This document shows positions 38,704 to 48,348 of a DNA stretch of 64,000 nt, piece after piece. Source of the DNA: an uncultured delta proteobacterium. Its GTDB lineage: Bacteria > Myxococcota > Kuafuiibacteriia > Kuafuiibacteriales > Kuafuiibacteriaceae. The stretch lies in NCBI GenBank assembly GCA_963803435.1, contig CAWDML010000001.1:1216001-1280000 (forward strand), given 5' to 3'. Numbering within the stretch: position 1 is the stretch's first letter; each line of letters opens with the position of its first letter. The translations under genes and the position numbers were made by a program. A model generated the notes under the pieces. The model saw only the letters and a program-made list of their open reading frames with translations, was not told where the DNA came from and made no database searches.

Positions 38704-39263
38704 CCGGGCGGCGCGAACGGCTGGGGCGGGCTCGGCTTCGCGTGCGCCGCCTGCTTCTCGAGCTGGCGATCCAGCACCACCACCAGGCTCGCGATCAGCC
38801 GCTGGCCGGCGTCCTCCGCGGCCTGCTCGAGCGCGCGCCGCCCGGCGCCATCGAGCGCCTCGATCGGTCCCGGGGTGGAGAAGAACGGCGCATAACCGGT
38901 GGCCGCCGGCGAGACCCACTTGAACCCGCTCGCGTCCTCGAGCCGGCCGCGCAGCGACACCACCACCTGATAGCGCGCGGCGCGCTGGCTCGGATCGGTG
39001 AACGAGCCCAGGCTGATCTGGATGTCGACGATCTCGACCGCGAGCGCGCCGTGCGCGGTGGCTCCGGTCGCCAGCGTCAGGCCCTGCTCGCGCATCACCG
39101 CCCGTCGAACCGACGCGCTCACCAGGGCCCCGGCGTCGACATCGATCCCGCTCTCGCCCACCTCCACCACCGAGAGGCGATACGGCTCACCGGTCGCGGT
39201 GTGCACCGACGAGACCGTATAGCCGCAGCCGAACAGCGCTAGCGCAGCGAGAGCCCGGCGAAC
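38697..39263 (-). CDS. LptE-like LPS assembly lipoprotein, no canonical start codon found
   Basis: RRALAALALFGCGY lipobox; C-terminal RRALEQAAEDAGQRLI helix; size fits LptE. The frame reads GTT at 39263. Confidence 0.6.
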   Translation of the reverse strand, partial: VRRALAALALFGCGYTVSSVHTATGEPYRLSVVEVGESGIDVDAGALVSASVRRAVMREQGLTLATGATAHGALAVEIVDIQISLGSFTDPSQRAARYQVVVSLRGRLEDASGFKWVSPAATGYAPFFSTPGPIEALDGAGRRALEQAAEDAGQRLIASLVVVLDRQLEKQAAHAKPSPPQPFAPPGQ

Positions 39264-40342
39264 AGGAAGCCGGTCACCACGATCGCGACCGCGGCGACCA
39301 TCGCCAGGCGGGAGCGCTCCTGAATCCGCGCCGCCATCGACGGGACCAGCCGCCGCTGGAACACGAACCCCAGCAGGAATCCGGTGAGGAATCCCGCCGC
39401 GTGTGCGATCACCGCGATCCGGGTGCCGGTCGACGAGAAAGGCGTCAGCGCGCCCGGGACCAGGAGCAGAAGCACACCGATGGTGCGGAGTCGCTCGCGG
39501 CGCGGCAGCAGAGACACCTTCGCCCGCTGGAGCTGGCCCGATGCCCACAGCCCGACCAGCCCGTAGTTGCCGGCGCTCGCGCCGAGGATCAGCGCGGCCG
39601 GCGAGAGCACGGCCTCGGAGCCGAGGCCAACGATCGACGAGATCACCCATACCAGCGAGGTCGCGCCCATCAGATGGGTGCCGAACAAAACCACGCCGAT
39701 CAAGAGGGCGAAGAGCCCGTTGCTGACGAAATGGGCGAGCGACCCGTGGATGAACCCGGCCGTGATGAGGCGCCACGGCTCCTGGAGCACGGGTGACCTT
39801 GCGCCGAAGCGCTCGACCACCTCGCGCGGGCCCAGGAGGGTCTCGAGGACGCGCTGGAGGGCGGCCCCGATGCCGATGGCGCCGAGGGCCGCCAGCAGCC
39901 GGGCGTTCAGCGGTGTGGCCGCGGGCGGGAGCGGGATCTCGATCGGGCCGGTCTCCTCCTCGTCCTCCGGGATGGTGTCGGCGGGGGGTGGCGGCTCGAA
40001 GCCATGCTCGACCGGTTTCGACACCGGCAGCGCAAGCGAGCTTGCAAACCGGATCCGGAAGCGCTGCCGTGGATGCCCCCCGATGGTGGCGTAGTCGTGC
40101 CGGTGGAGGACCTCGGTCGCCTTCGAGATCATCGACGACGGGACCAGCACCTCGATGACGCGCTGATCCGCGCTGCGCCGCCAGGGCAGGACCAAGCCGT
40201 CCAAATCCAGGTCGAGGAGCGCGGGGATCTGGTGGGCTTCGAGCAGGGATACGACCGCGCGCGCATCACCTTCGCTCGAGGCATCATGCACGGGGATCAT
40301 CGAGCCGGTGCTGACTTCACCTTCTCGTCTCGGCGTCTCCAC
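39239..40342 (-). CDS. Rhomboid family intramembrane serine protease with soluble N-terminal domain
   Basis: WRLITAGFIHGSLAHFVSN, GASAGNYG, AHAAGFLTG. Confidence 0.82.
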   Translation of the reverse strand: METPRREGEVSTGSMIPVHDASSEGDARAVVSLLEAHQIPALLDLDLDGLVLPWRRSADQRVIEVLVPSSMISKATEVLHRHDYATIGGHPRQRFRIRFASSLALPVSKPVEHGFEPPPPADTIPEDEEETGPIEIPLPPAATPLNARLLAALGAIGIGAALQRVLETLLGPREVVERFGARSPVLQEPWRLITAGFIHGSLAHFVSNGLFALLIGVVLFGTHLMGATSLVWVISSIVGLGSEAVLSPAALILGASAGNYGLVGLWASGQLQRAKVSLLPRRERLRTIGVLLLLVPGALTPFSSTGTRIAVIAHAAGFLTGFLLGFVFQRRLVPSMAARIQERSRLAMVAAVAIVVTGFLFAGLSLR

Positions 40343-40444
40343 GAGGCAGCATTAGTGTCCAGTAAGCGCGGAACGTTGCCAACGTAGGCGAGGGTCAGTG
40401 CGCCCTTGACAGCGCCCGCTCGGTCATGACGGGTTAGTCCCGAT

Positions 40445-41615
40445 ATGGGCTTTAGGTACGCGATCATCGGCGCCGGCATGCAGGGCACAGCCGCCGCCTA
40501 CGACCTCGCACTCCATGGTGACGCCGACGAGGTGCGCCTCCTCGACGTCGACATTCGTCGCGCACGGACGGCCGCCGATCGCGTCAACAAGCTTGCGGGT
40601 CGAGAGGCGGCGAAGGCCGGCATCGTCGACGCCACCGACAAGACCAGCGCCGCGCAGGTGCTCGAAGGCATGCACGCGTGCCTGTCCGCGGTCCCGTATC
40701 GGCTCAACCTGTTCCTCGCGAAGGCGGCGATCGAGGCCGGCGTGCACTTCAACGACCTCGGGGGCAACACACAGAATCGTCCGGGATGAGCTCGCGCTCC
40801 ATCCGCAAGCGCTGCAGGCCGGGGTCAGCGTGGTGCCGGACTGCGGTGTGGCGCCCGGGATGGCCAACACGCTGGCCGTGTACGGTATGGGCAAGCTCGA
40901 CACGCCTGAGCACGTGCACATGCGCTGCGGCGGCCTGCCGCAGAACCGCAACCTCCCGCTCGGCTACAAGCAGCTGTTCTCCCTCGAGGGCCTGTCGAAC
41001 GAGTACTTCGGTACCGCGGTCGTCCTGCACGACGGAAAGGTGGAGGAGGTCCCCACCTTCGAGGAGCTGGAGACCCTCGAGCTCCCCGAGCCGCTCGGCG
41101 TGGTGGAGGCGTTCACGACCAGCGGCGGAACCTCCACCTGCCCGTACACCTTCGCAGGCCGCTTGAAGAGCTACGACTACAAGACGATCCGGTACCCGGG
41201 CCACTATCAGACGCTCAAGCTCTTCAAGGACTTCGGCTTCATCGATCTCGAGCCCGTGGACGTCCATGGCGCGCACGTGCGACCCCGGGACGTCTTCCAC
41301 GCGGTGATGCACAAGGTCTGGGATCATCCGTCCGAGCCGGACCTCTTGGTGCTGCGGGTCGACGTGGTGGGAAAGAAGAACGGACGCCACGTCCGCCACC
41401 GCTCCGTGATCCTGGACTTCCAGGACCCGAAGACCGGCTTCTCCGCGATGGAGCGGACCACCGCGTTCTCCGCCGCGATCGTCACCTCGCTGCAGGCCCG
41501 CGGCCGGACCCCGAAGGGCGCCGTCTCGCTGGAAAAGGCCGTCGACGCCGAGGAGTTCGTGCGCGAGCTGGGGCGTCGCGACATCCCCCACGAGACCTCG
41601 CTGACCGAGCTCTGA
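40445..41615 (+). CDS. Saccharopine dehydrogenase / lysine 6-dehydrogenase family, split by a +1 frameshift
   Basis: IIGAGMQG..AVPY..DLGGN in one frame and PDCGVAPG..CGGLP..NEY..TSGG..YKTIRYPGH..AMERTT in the next; removing one A at 40775-40776 joins them. Confidence 0.85.
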
Positions 41616-41625
41616 GCCCCCGTCC

Positions 41626-42693
41626 TCAAGCCGCGAAGCAATCCTTCATCCTCAGGAAGACGGCCTCGAAGTAGCGCCAGCTCAGCTTGGCGGTGAGGTA
41701 CGCGCCGACCGAGGTGAGAACGAAGGCGACGACCCACTGCTCCTTGGCGAAGAGATGGCCGCGAAGCAGCGCGCTGTAGACCAGCATGTGGAGCAGATAG
41801 ATCCCGTAGCTGACCACGCCCACGTCGGCGATCAGACGCAGAGAGAAGAGCGGCGCCAGGTGGTGATCCTCGCGCATCACGCAGCTCGTCACCAGGAGGG
41901 CGAAGAGGACGTAGATCAGCACCACATGCACGCCCTCCCAGCCGGTCGGGTCGAGGGACAGATGGATCAACACCAGGATCAGGATGACGCTGCTGGAGGT
42001 GCGGCGTCCCAGGATCGGCGCCAGGCGCTCGAACGAACGCCGGCGGTGGAGAAGATGCGCGAACATCACGCCGAGGAGGATCGGGATGGCGATGCGCGAC
42101 ACCAAGAGATAGCCGAGCGTCCCCTGCGGAAGGACGGCGCCGAGCAGTCCCAGCTGGAGGAGCGCTGCCACGCCGACCACCGCGCCCAGGATCGACAGCG
42201 TGACCCACGGGCCGAAGCGGCGCTCGAGCCAGGGCCAGGTCAGATAGAACTGCTCCTCGGTGGCGAGCGACCAGGCCAGCGCGAACATCGCGGGCTCGGG
42301 CACGATGAAGTTGGCGGTGTACGTGAGGTAGTACGGGAGATTGCCGAGGTATTCGTCCCCGCTGTGGACGAGCCCAGCGAGCGCGAGGACCGCCTGCACG
42401 GCGACGACGGCGTAGTAGAGCGGAAAGATGCGGAGGGTCCGGCGGAGGTAGAACTTCCGCATCGCGATGGTGCCCGACCGATCCTTCTCTCGAAGCAGGA
42501 GCGTCGTGATCAGAAAGCCGCTGATCGCGAAGAACAGGTTCACGCCCTCGGCGCCGCGCTGCGCCAGCGGGATCCGCTGAAACCCGTCCGCGGCGGTGTG
42601 GTGCCAGAGCACCATGAGGATGCTCAGGCAGCGGAGGCCGTCGAGAGAGCCGAAGCGCCGGGTGCCGAGGAAGACTTCGTGACGCGCGGTCAC
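41626..42693 (-). CDS. Acyltransferase family 3 (OafA-like)
   Basis: SLDGLR..ILMVLWHH, GVNLFFAISGFLIT, FYLRRTLRIFPLY, WSLATEEQFY, SYGIYLLH, SWRYFE; GTGA overlap with the upstream gene. Confidence 0.88.
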   Translation of the reverse strand: MTARHEVFLGTRRFGSLDGLRCLSILMVLWHHTAADGFQRIPLAQRGAEGVNLFFAISGFLITTLLLREKDRSGTIAMRKFYLRRTLRIFPLYYAVVAVQAVLALAGLVHSGDEYLGNLPYYLTYTANFIVPEPAMFALAWSLATEEQFYLTWPWLERRFGPWVTLSILGAVVGVAALLQLGLLGAVLPQGTLGYLLVSRIAIPILLGVMFAHLLHRRRSFERLAPILGRRTSSSVILILVLIHLSLDPTGWEGVHVVLIYVLFALLVTSCVMREDHHLAPLFSLRLIADVGVVSYGIYLLHMLVYSALLRGHLFAKEQWVVAFVLTSVGAYLTAKLSWRYFEAVFLRMKDCFAA

Positions 42694-43628
42694 GGCGTCG
42701 TTGTTAGCACCCGCGCCTTCGCATGCTCCAGCGCCTTCTCCGCCGCTTCCCGCTCTTCGGGCTTGAGGAGGCCTTCCTTCGCCTCCTCGAGGAACGGGAT
42801 CGCGCGATCGAACTGCTTCTGCTCCAGCAGCAGCGTGCCGTACGTGAGACGAAGATGTGCGTCCAACCTGCCCCGCTCCATCACCGGGTCGAGGTGCCGG
42901 CGGGCTCTGGGGAAGTCGAGCGCAGCGAAGTAGAGGATGCCGAGCTCGCGATGCGCGCGGAGATCCTCCGGATCGGCGGCGAGCTGGCGCTCCGCCTCCG
43001 CGAAGCGTGTGGCCTGCCTCGAGCAGAGGAGGCGGGCCCGCGCCTTTACGCTCTGCCAGAAGTAGCGGTAGCCGACGACCACCAAGGCGAGGTGGGCGGC
43101 CGCCGTGATCCCCGAGGCGATCGGCGTCTTGGAGAAGTCGTAGATGGTCTGGAAGTCGCCGGGAAAGATCAGGCAGAGCAGCGGATAGAACACCAGCACC
43201 AGGAACAGCGACTGGCGGCCCAGGTCGATCCACAGGATGTTGCGGACCGGGTGTCCGGGACGGCGCAGCCCCCACAGCATGCATGCGATCCCGATCAGGA
43301 GCGTCACGACGTTGCCGGCGAGCGCGATGGCGAAGTTGTTGAGGTCCGTCGACGGCGGGTGGGCGACCATGCCCATGTAGCCCAGAAACCAGAAGCCGGT
43401 CACCGGCAGGCCGCACGCCCAGACCGCCAGCGCATGGCCGAGCTCGTGAAGTAGCACGGTCGGCGGGATCAAGAGGTAGAAGGAGGCCGAGGAGGCGAGC
43501 TTGGCGTCTTCGCGGGAGAGGTCGTCGTCCCAGAGGTTCTTCCACTCCTTGATGACCTGCGTCAGTGTGCGGACGCCGAGAATGACGACCAGGATCGAGA
43601 GCGCTGCGAAGAAGCCGAGCTCGCTCAT
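42690..43628 (-). CDS. M50-type membrane metallopeptidase with C-terminal TPR
   Basis: LLHELGHAL (HExxH), IALAG, GDF, TM segments, C-terminal TPR helices. Confidence 0.7.
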   Translation of the reverse strand: MSELGFFAALSILVVILGVRTLTQVIKEWKNLWDDDLSREDAKLASSASFYLLIPPTVLLHELGHALAVWACGLPVTGFWFLGYMGMVAHPPSTDLNNFAIALAGNVVTLLIGIACMLWGLRRPGHPVRNILWIDLGRQSLFLVLVFYPLLCLIFPGDFQTIYDFSKTPIASGITAAAHLALVVVGYRYFWQSVKARARLLCSRQATRFAEAERQLAADPEDLRAHRELGILYFAALDFPRARRHLDPVMERGRLDAHLRLTYGTLLLEQKQFDRAIPFLEEAKEGLLKPEEREAAEKALEHAKARVLTTTP

Positions 43629-43635
43629 CTCGAGG

Positions 43636-44829
43636 TCAGGTCAGCTCCACCCCGAGCACGTGGTCGAGCGCGGTCAGCTCCGCGATCAAGGGCTCATCGG
43701 GACGCTGGGCCACCTTGATGCGTGCGCAGGCCGCCACGCCACCGGTAAAGATGACGTTCTCCATGGTCTCGACGTTGATCTCGGCGCGCTTGAGGGCGGC
43801 CAGGATCGACGCGAGCACGCCGACGCGATCGAGGTGGCGCACGACGATCGTGCCCTGGGAGGGCGGCGAGTGGAGGACGTTGACCGCGTTCTCCACCTCG
43901 CCGGTCTCGAGGTAGTGAACGACCACCGCCGCCGCAGCCTTCGCGATCTCGAACTGCGCCTGCTCGGTCGAGGCGCCGATGTGGTGGGTGCCGTAGACGT
44001 TGGGCAGCTTGCCCATGCGATCGTCGAAGGCGCCGGCCTTGGCCTCGGGCTCGTTCGCGAACACGTCGGTGCCGACGAAGATGGTCCCCTGCCGCGCGGC
44101 CTCGTAGAGCGCATCGTCGTCGACCACCTCGGCTCGGGCCGTGTTGATCAGCATGGCGCCGTGCTTCATTCGTCCCAGCAGATCGCGGTCGACGAGCCTG
44201 CGCGTGTGGGAGGACAGCGGGACGTGCAGACTGACGATGTCGCACTTGGTGAAGATCTGCTCGATCTCGGTGGCACGGGTGACGTGGCACCGCTCCGCCT
44301 GCTCGAGCGTGAGCGTACGGGAGTAGGCCATCACGTCCATCTCCAGGGCGCGGGCGCGCTTGGCCACGGCCCGCGCCACCGACCCGAAGCCCACCAGGCC
44401 GAGGCGCCGTCCCTTGATCCCGATGGCGCTGGAGAATCCGCCCTTGTTCCACTTGCCCTCGCGGAGATGCTGGACGTTGTCCGGGATGCGTCGATCGATC
44501 GCGAGCATCAGGCCGATCGCGAGCTCGGCGACGGCGATGCTGTTCTTGCCCGGGCAGTTGCTGACGTAGATGCCGCGCGCGCTGGCGGCCTCGACGTCGA
44601 TGGTGTTGACGCCGCTGCCGGCGCGCACGATCAGCTCCAGCTGATCCGCGGCGGCGATGGTCTCGCGGCTCACCTCGGTGCTGCGGACGATCAGGACCTT
44701 GGCGTTCGGGATGGCTTTAGGGAGTGCAGCAGCGCCGATCGACGGTTGAACGTCGACCTCGGCGCCGGCGGCGGTCAGGTCATCGATCGCTTCTCTCTGG
44801 AGCTTGTCGGCGATGAGGACGCGGGACAT
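43636..44829 (-). CDS. D-3-phosphoglycerate dehydrogenase-like 2-hydroxyacid dehydrogenase with ACT domain
   Basis: RAGSGVNTID, NSIAVAEL, GLVGFG, SLHVP, INTAR, DVFANEP, HHIGASTEQAQ, HLDRVGVL. Confidence 0.88.
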   Translation of the reverse strand: MSRVLIADKLQREAIDDLTAAGAEVDVQPSIGAAALPKAIPNAKVLIVRSTEVSRETIAAADQLELIVRAGSGVNTIDVEAASARGIYVSNCPGKNSIAVAELAIGLMLAIDRRIPDNVQHLREGKWNKGGFSSAIGIKGRRLGLVGFGSVARAVAKRARALEMDVMAYSRTLTLEQAERCHVTRATEIEQIFTKCDIVSLHVPLSSHTRRLVDRDLLGRMKHGAMLINTARAEVVDDDALYEAARQGTIFVGTDVFANEPEAKAGAFDDRMGKLPNVYGTHHIGASTEQAQFEIAKAAAAVVVHYLETGEVENAVNVLHSPPSQGTIVVRHLDRVGVLASILAALKRAEINVETMENVIFTGGVAACARIKVAQRPDEPLIAELTALDHVLGVELT

Positions 44830-44862
44830 CGGCGCGCTGGTATCAGGAAGCGCGCGGCTTGT

Positions 44863-45063
44863 TCAGTCCTTCTTGGAGACGTCGGCGATCTCGTTCGTGA
44901 CGAGATGGATGAGCTCGGAGGCCACTTCGAGGATCCGCTGGTTCGGGATTCCGTATTGCTTCATGTCGCGGAAGATCGTGCGGGCCAAGATCTTGGAGGA
45001 GCGCGCGTCCGGCCCATTCCCGTTGAGGGCCGGCAGGGTCGGAATCGTCTGGGGGGTGTGCAT
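44863..45063 (-). CDS. Small helical hypothetical protein (66 aa)
   Basis: AAAGGG Shine-Dalgarno; KILARTIFRDMKQYG...ILEVASELIHLVT amphipathic helices; first gene of the serA-like operon. Confidence 0.6.
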   Translation of the reverse strand: MHTPQTIPTLPALNGNGPDARSSKILARTIFRDMKQYGIPNQRILEVASELIHLVTNEIADVSKKD

Positions 45064-45163
45064 GACGTCACGGCCCTTTCTCAAGACCCGTACCGCCGTG
45101 GGGGGACGAAGATCATTGGACAAAGGTAAACCGACTGAGCAGTCACGTGCGTACTTCCCGGCG

Positions 45164-45207
45164 CGGTGCGTAGTCGATTACGCACCGGATGGTGGCACCG
45201 CCCGTGC
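45164..45207 (+). promoter_or_regulatory. 24-bp palindrome followed by a candidate sigma54 promoter
   Basis: CGGTGCGTAGTCGATTACGCACCG (45164-45187); TGGCACCGCCCGTGC (45193-45207) with GG-N10-GC spacing. Confidence 0.45.
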
Positions 45208-45249
45208 GCTGTTTCACTTTTGATTCCGCGCGTCTAGACATGGACGTAC

Positions 45250-46863
45250 ATGACGCGACGCGATAGCCGTGGGTCGGTGCGGGTGCGTGTCGAGGTGTCG
45301 CGAGCCCACGATGCGGGCCTCGAGCTCGACGACCTGCGGGCCGCGATCGCCGATCGATTGGGCGTCGGACCGTCCGCGATCACGGAGGTGACGATCGTGC
45401 GTCGCGCCCTGGACGCCCGCCGTGCGATCCGGGTCCCCACCTGGCACCTCACCGTGGAGGCCGAGGTCCAGGGCCGGATCCGCGAGGGCGTGCGCCTTCC
45501 GATCCCCGCTCGAGCGGCCCGCCTGACCTCGCCGCCCGCCGGGCTGGCCCCCATCGCCGTGATCGGTGCAGGGCCTGCGGGTCTGTTCGCGGCCTGGCAT
45601 CTGGCCGAGCACGGCGCGCGGGTCATCCTGATCGAGCGGGGCAAGCCCGTCGAGACGCGCGCCCGCGACTTCGGCCAATTTCGCGGCCGCGGGCGCCTCG
45701 ATCCGGAGTCGAACATCTGCTTCGGAGAGGGCGGCGCCGGCACGTACAGCGACGGCAAGCTCACCACGCGCAAGAACGATCCGCTGGTGCGCGAGGTCCT
45801 CGAGCGCCTCGTCGAGGTCGGCGCCCCTGCGCGGATCCTCGTCGACGCCAAGCCGCACATTGGTACCAACAAGCTGTTCGGGATGCTGAAGGGCCTCCGC
45901 GCGCGCCTGATCGAGCTCGGCGTCGACGTGCGGTTCCAGACCCGGGTCGACCGCCTCCGCCTCTCGCAAGGTCGGTTGACCGCGCTCGAGACCAGCGCCG
46001 GGATCATCGAAGCCGGGGCTGCCGTCCTCGCGATCGGACACTCGGCCCGCGACACGTTCGAGGCGCTCCTCGCCCAGGGCGTTCCGATGGAGCCCAAGCC
46101 GTTCGCGGTGGGCGTCCGCGCCGAGCACCCACAAGCGCTGATCGATCGAGCCCAGTACCGCCTGGGTGGCCGGCCGCCCACGCTGCCGCCCGCAGACTAC
46201 CGGCTCACGCACGACGAGCACGGCCGCGGCATCTACTCCTTCTGCATGTGTCCGGGTGGCATGGTGATCCCGAGCGCGACCGAGCCCGGCATGGTGGTCG
46301 TGAACGGCATGTCGACGGCGCGGCGCTCCAGCCCGTTCGCCAACTCGGGCGTGGTGGTGCAGGTCAACCTCGTCGATCTCGAGCGCGAGGGTTTCGGCAT
46401 GGGTCCGCTGGCCGGCATCGAGTTTCAGCGGGCGCTCGAGCGGCGGGCCTTCGAGGCGGGCGGCGGCGGCTATCAAGCGCCCGCGATGACCGCGAGCGAT
46501 CTGGTGATGGGGCGCGCCTCCGGACGCCTGGCGGACAGCCACTTCCGGCCCGGGCTGACGGCCTTCGATCTGCGTGAGGCGCTGCCGGCGTTCGTCGTCG
46601 ACGACCTGCGGGCCGCCCTGGCGCACTTCAATCGGATCATTCACGGCTACGCCTCGGACGAGGCGAACCTGATCGCGGTCGAGTCGCGCACCAGCTCTCC
46701 GCTCAGGATCCCGCGCGATCCGGAGACGATGCAGGTGAACGGCTTCCCGGGGCTGTACGCAGCCGGCGAGGGCCCGGGCTACGCGGGCGGCATCATGAGC
46801 GCGGCGATGGACGGCCTCAAGGTCGCGCACGCGCTGCTCGTCAATGGTGCGGGCGAAAGATGA
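45250..46863 (+). CDS. Uncharacterised NAD(P)/FAD-dependent oxidoreductase
   Basis: VIGAGPAGLFAA, FGEGGAGTYSDGKL, KPHIGT, YSFCMCPGG, ESRTSSP, GEGPGYAGGIMSAAMDG. Confidence 0.88.
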   Translation: MTRRDSRGSVRVRVEVSRAHDAGLELDDLRAAIADRLGVGPSAITEVTIVRRALDARRAIRVPTWHLTVEAEVQGRIREGVRLPIPARAARLTSPPAGLAPIAVIGAGPAGLFAAWHLAEHGARVILIERGKPVETRARDFGQFRGRGRLDPESNICFGEGGAGTYSDGKLTTRKNDPLVREVLERLVEVGAPARILVDAKPHIGTNKLFGMLKGLRARLIELGVDVRFQTRVDRLRLSQGRLTALETSAGIIEAGAAVLAIGHSARDTFEALLAQGVPMEPKPFAVGVRAEHPQALIDRAQYRLGGRPPTLPPADYRLTHDEHGRGIYSFCMCPGGMVIPSATEPGMVVVNGMSTARRSSPFANSGVVVQVNLVDLEREGFGMGPLAGIEFQRALERRAFEAGGGGYQAPAMTASDLVMGRASGRLADSHFRPGLTAFDLREALPAFVVDDLRAALAHFNRIIHGYASDEANLIAVESRTSSPLRIPRDPETMQVNGFPGLYAAGEGPGYAGGIMSAAMDGLKVAHALLVNGAGER

Positions 46864-47233
46864 ACTGACCGGTCTCCTCGAGGTGCTTGCGGACGTCCGG
46901 GTTCTCGTCGAGGAACGCCTTGAGGCTCTCCTCGGAGATGTCGACGACCAGATCCTCGCCGTTGATCTCGGCCTGGCAGCCGAGGCGCGAGCTGAGCTTC
47001 ACGTCGAACGCGAGGTCGAGGCGGTCCGCCTCCTTGTCCGACATGTCTTCGAGGGAGTCGAGGCCCTCGACCACGTAGACGTGGCAGGTCGAGCATCCGC
47101 ACACGCCGCCGCAGTTGGAGCCGACCGGAATCCCCTGGCTGTTGGCCGCCTCCAGGATGGTGGTCCCGTCCTCCACGTCGAGCGTGTGGTCCTCCTCGAG
47201 GAGCCGGTTCTTCTTGAAGACGATCTTCGGCAT
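46841..47233 (-). CDS. fdx: 2Fe-2S ferredoxin (ISC/adrenodoxin type)
   Basis: CGGVCGCSTCHVYV...E.DRLD...SRLGCQ. Confidence 0.85.
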   Translation of the reverse strand: MPKIVFKKNRLLEEDHTLDVEDGTTILEAANSQGIPVGSNCGGVCGCSTCHVYVVEGLDSLEDMSDKEADRLDLAFDVKLSSRLGCQAEINGEDLVVDISEESLKAFLDENPDVRKHLEETGQFIFRPHH

Positions 47234-47240
47234 CGCATCC

Positions 47241-48296
47241 TCATCCGAACGCTTGGCGTTCGTCGTATTGCGGCGCCTCCGATCGATCGCGCTCCACCGC
47301 CCTGAGGAAGAACGCTTCGATGGCGTCGATGACCTGTTCCTGAGTCTCGAGCTGGACGGCGCGCTCGCGGAAGGCCGAGCCGTCCTGCATCCCGCGGCTG
47401 TACCAGATCAAGTGCTGGCGGAACTTCCGGATCGCGGAGACCTCGTCACCGACGTGCTCGACCTGCTCGAGGAGGTGGCGGATGATCATCCGCGTGCGCT
47501 CCTCGCGCGACGGTCGAGGCGGAGGCGGGTGCCCGGCGTGGGCGGCGGCCAGCTCGCGGAAGATCCAGGGATTGCCGAGCGCGGCCCGCCCGATCATCAC
47601 GGCGGCGCAGCCGGTCTCCCGCACCACCCGATCGGCGCTGTCGACGTCGACGATGTCGCCGTTCGCGATGACCGGGATCGAGACGGCGCTCACCACCGCC
47701 GCCGTCAGGCTCCAGTCGGCGCGGCCCGAGTAGCCCTGCGTGCGCGTCCGCGGATGGATCGCGAGGGCCGCCACGCCAGCGTCGGCGAGCGCCCTGCTCA
47801 CCTCGGCCGCGTTCCGGTTGTTCTGATCCCAGCCGCCGCGGATCTTCGCGGTGATCGGCACGCTCTCCCCGATCCGCATGCGCATCGCGCGCACGATCGC
47901 GGCGGCGCGGGCGGGATCGCACATGAGCGCCGAGCCCGCGCCGTTGCGGGTCACCTTCTTCACCGGGCAGCCCATGTTGATGTCGAGGATGCGAGCGCCG
48001 CGCTCGACAGCAATCTCGGCAGCCTTGGCCATCGAGTCGGGATCGCCGCCGAACACCTGCACGGACAGGCTGGGCTCCTTCTTGGGATCGTGGCGGAGGT
48101 ACGCCTGCGTCCGGGCATTCGCGTACTCGAGGCCCTTGGCGCTGACCAGCTCGGTGGGCGCAAGCCCGGCGCCCAGCTCCTGCGCGATGACCCGGTAGGG
48201 TGCCTCGGAGACGCCCGCCATCGGGGCCATGATCACGGGGCGCGCGAGCCGATAGGGCCCGATCGAGAGCGCTCCGAGGTGGGCGAGGCCAGGCAC
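47241..48296 (-). CDS. dusB: tRNA dihydrouridine synthase
   Basis: APMAGVS, DINMGCPVKKV...GAGSALM, KIRGGWD, HPRTR, IANGDI, MIGRAALGNPW. Confidence 0.88.
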   Translation of the reverse strand: MPGLAHLGALSIGPYRLARPVIMAPMAGVSEAPYRVIAQELGAGLAPTELVSAKGLEYANARTQAYLRHDPKKEPSLSVQVFGGDPDSMAKAAEIAVERGARILDINMGCPVKKVTRNGAGSALMCDPARAAAIVRAMRMRIGESVPITAKIRGGWDQNNRNAAEVSRALADAGVAALAIHPRTRTQGYSGRADWSLTAAVVSAVSIPVIANGDIVDVDSADRVVRETGCAAVMIGRAALGNPWIFRELAAAHAGHPPPPRPSREERTRMIIRHLLEQVEHVGDEVSAIRKFRQHLIWYSRGMQDGSAFRERAVQLETQEQVIDAIEAFFLRAVERDRSEAPQYDERQAFG

Positions 48297-48348
48297 CCCT
48301 CACCGCTAAGACACGGGGGTCCGCGCGCCAAGTCGTTTTTGGGCGATC

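Noticed and set aside
40406-40440. Sigma70 promoter from TTGACA at 40406
   Set aside because: No acceptable -10 hexamer at 16-18 bp spacing.
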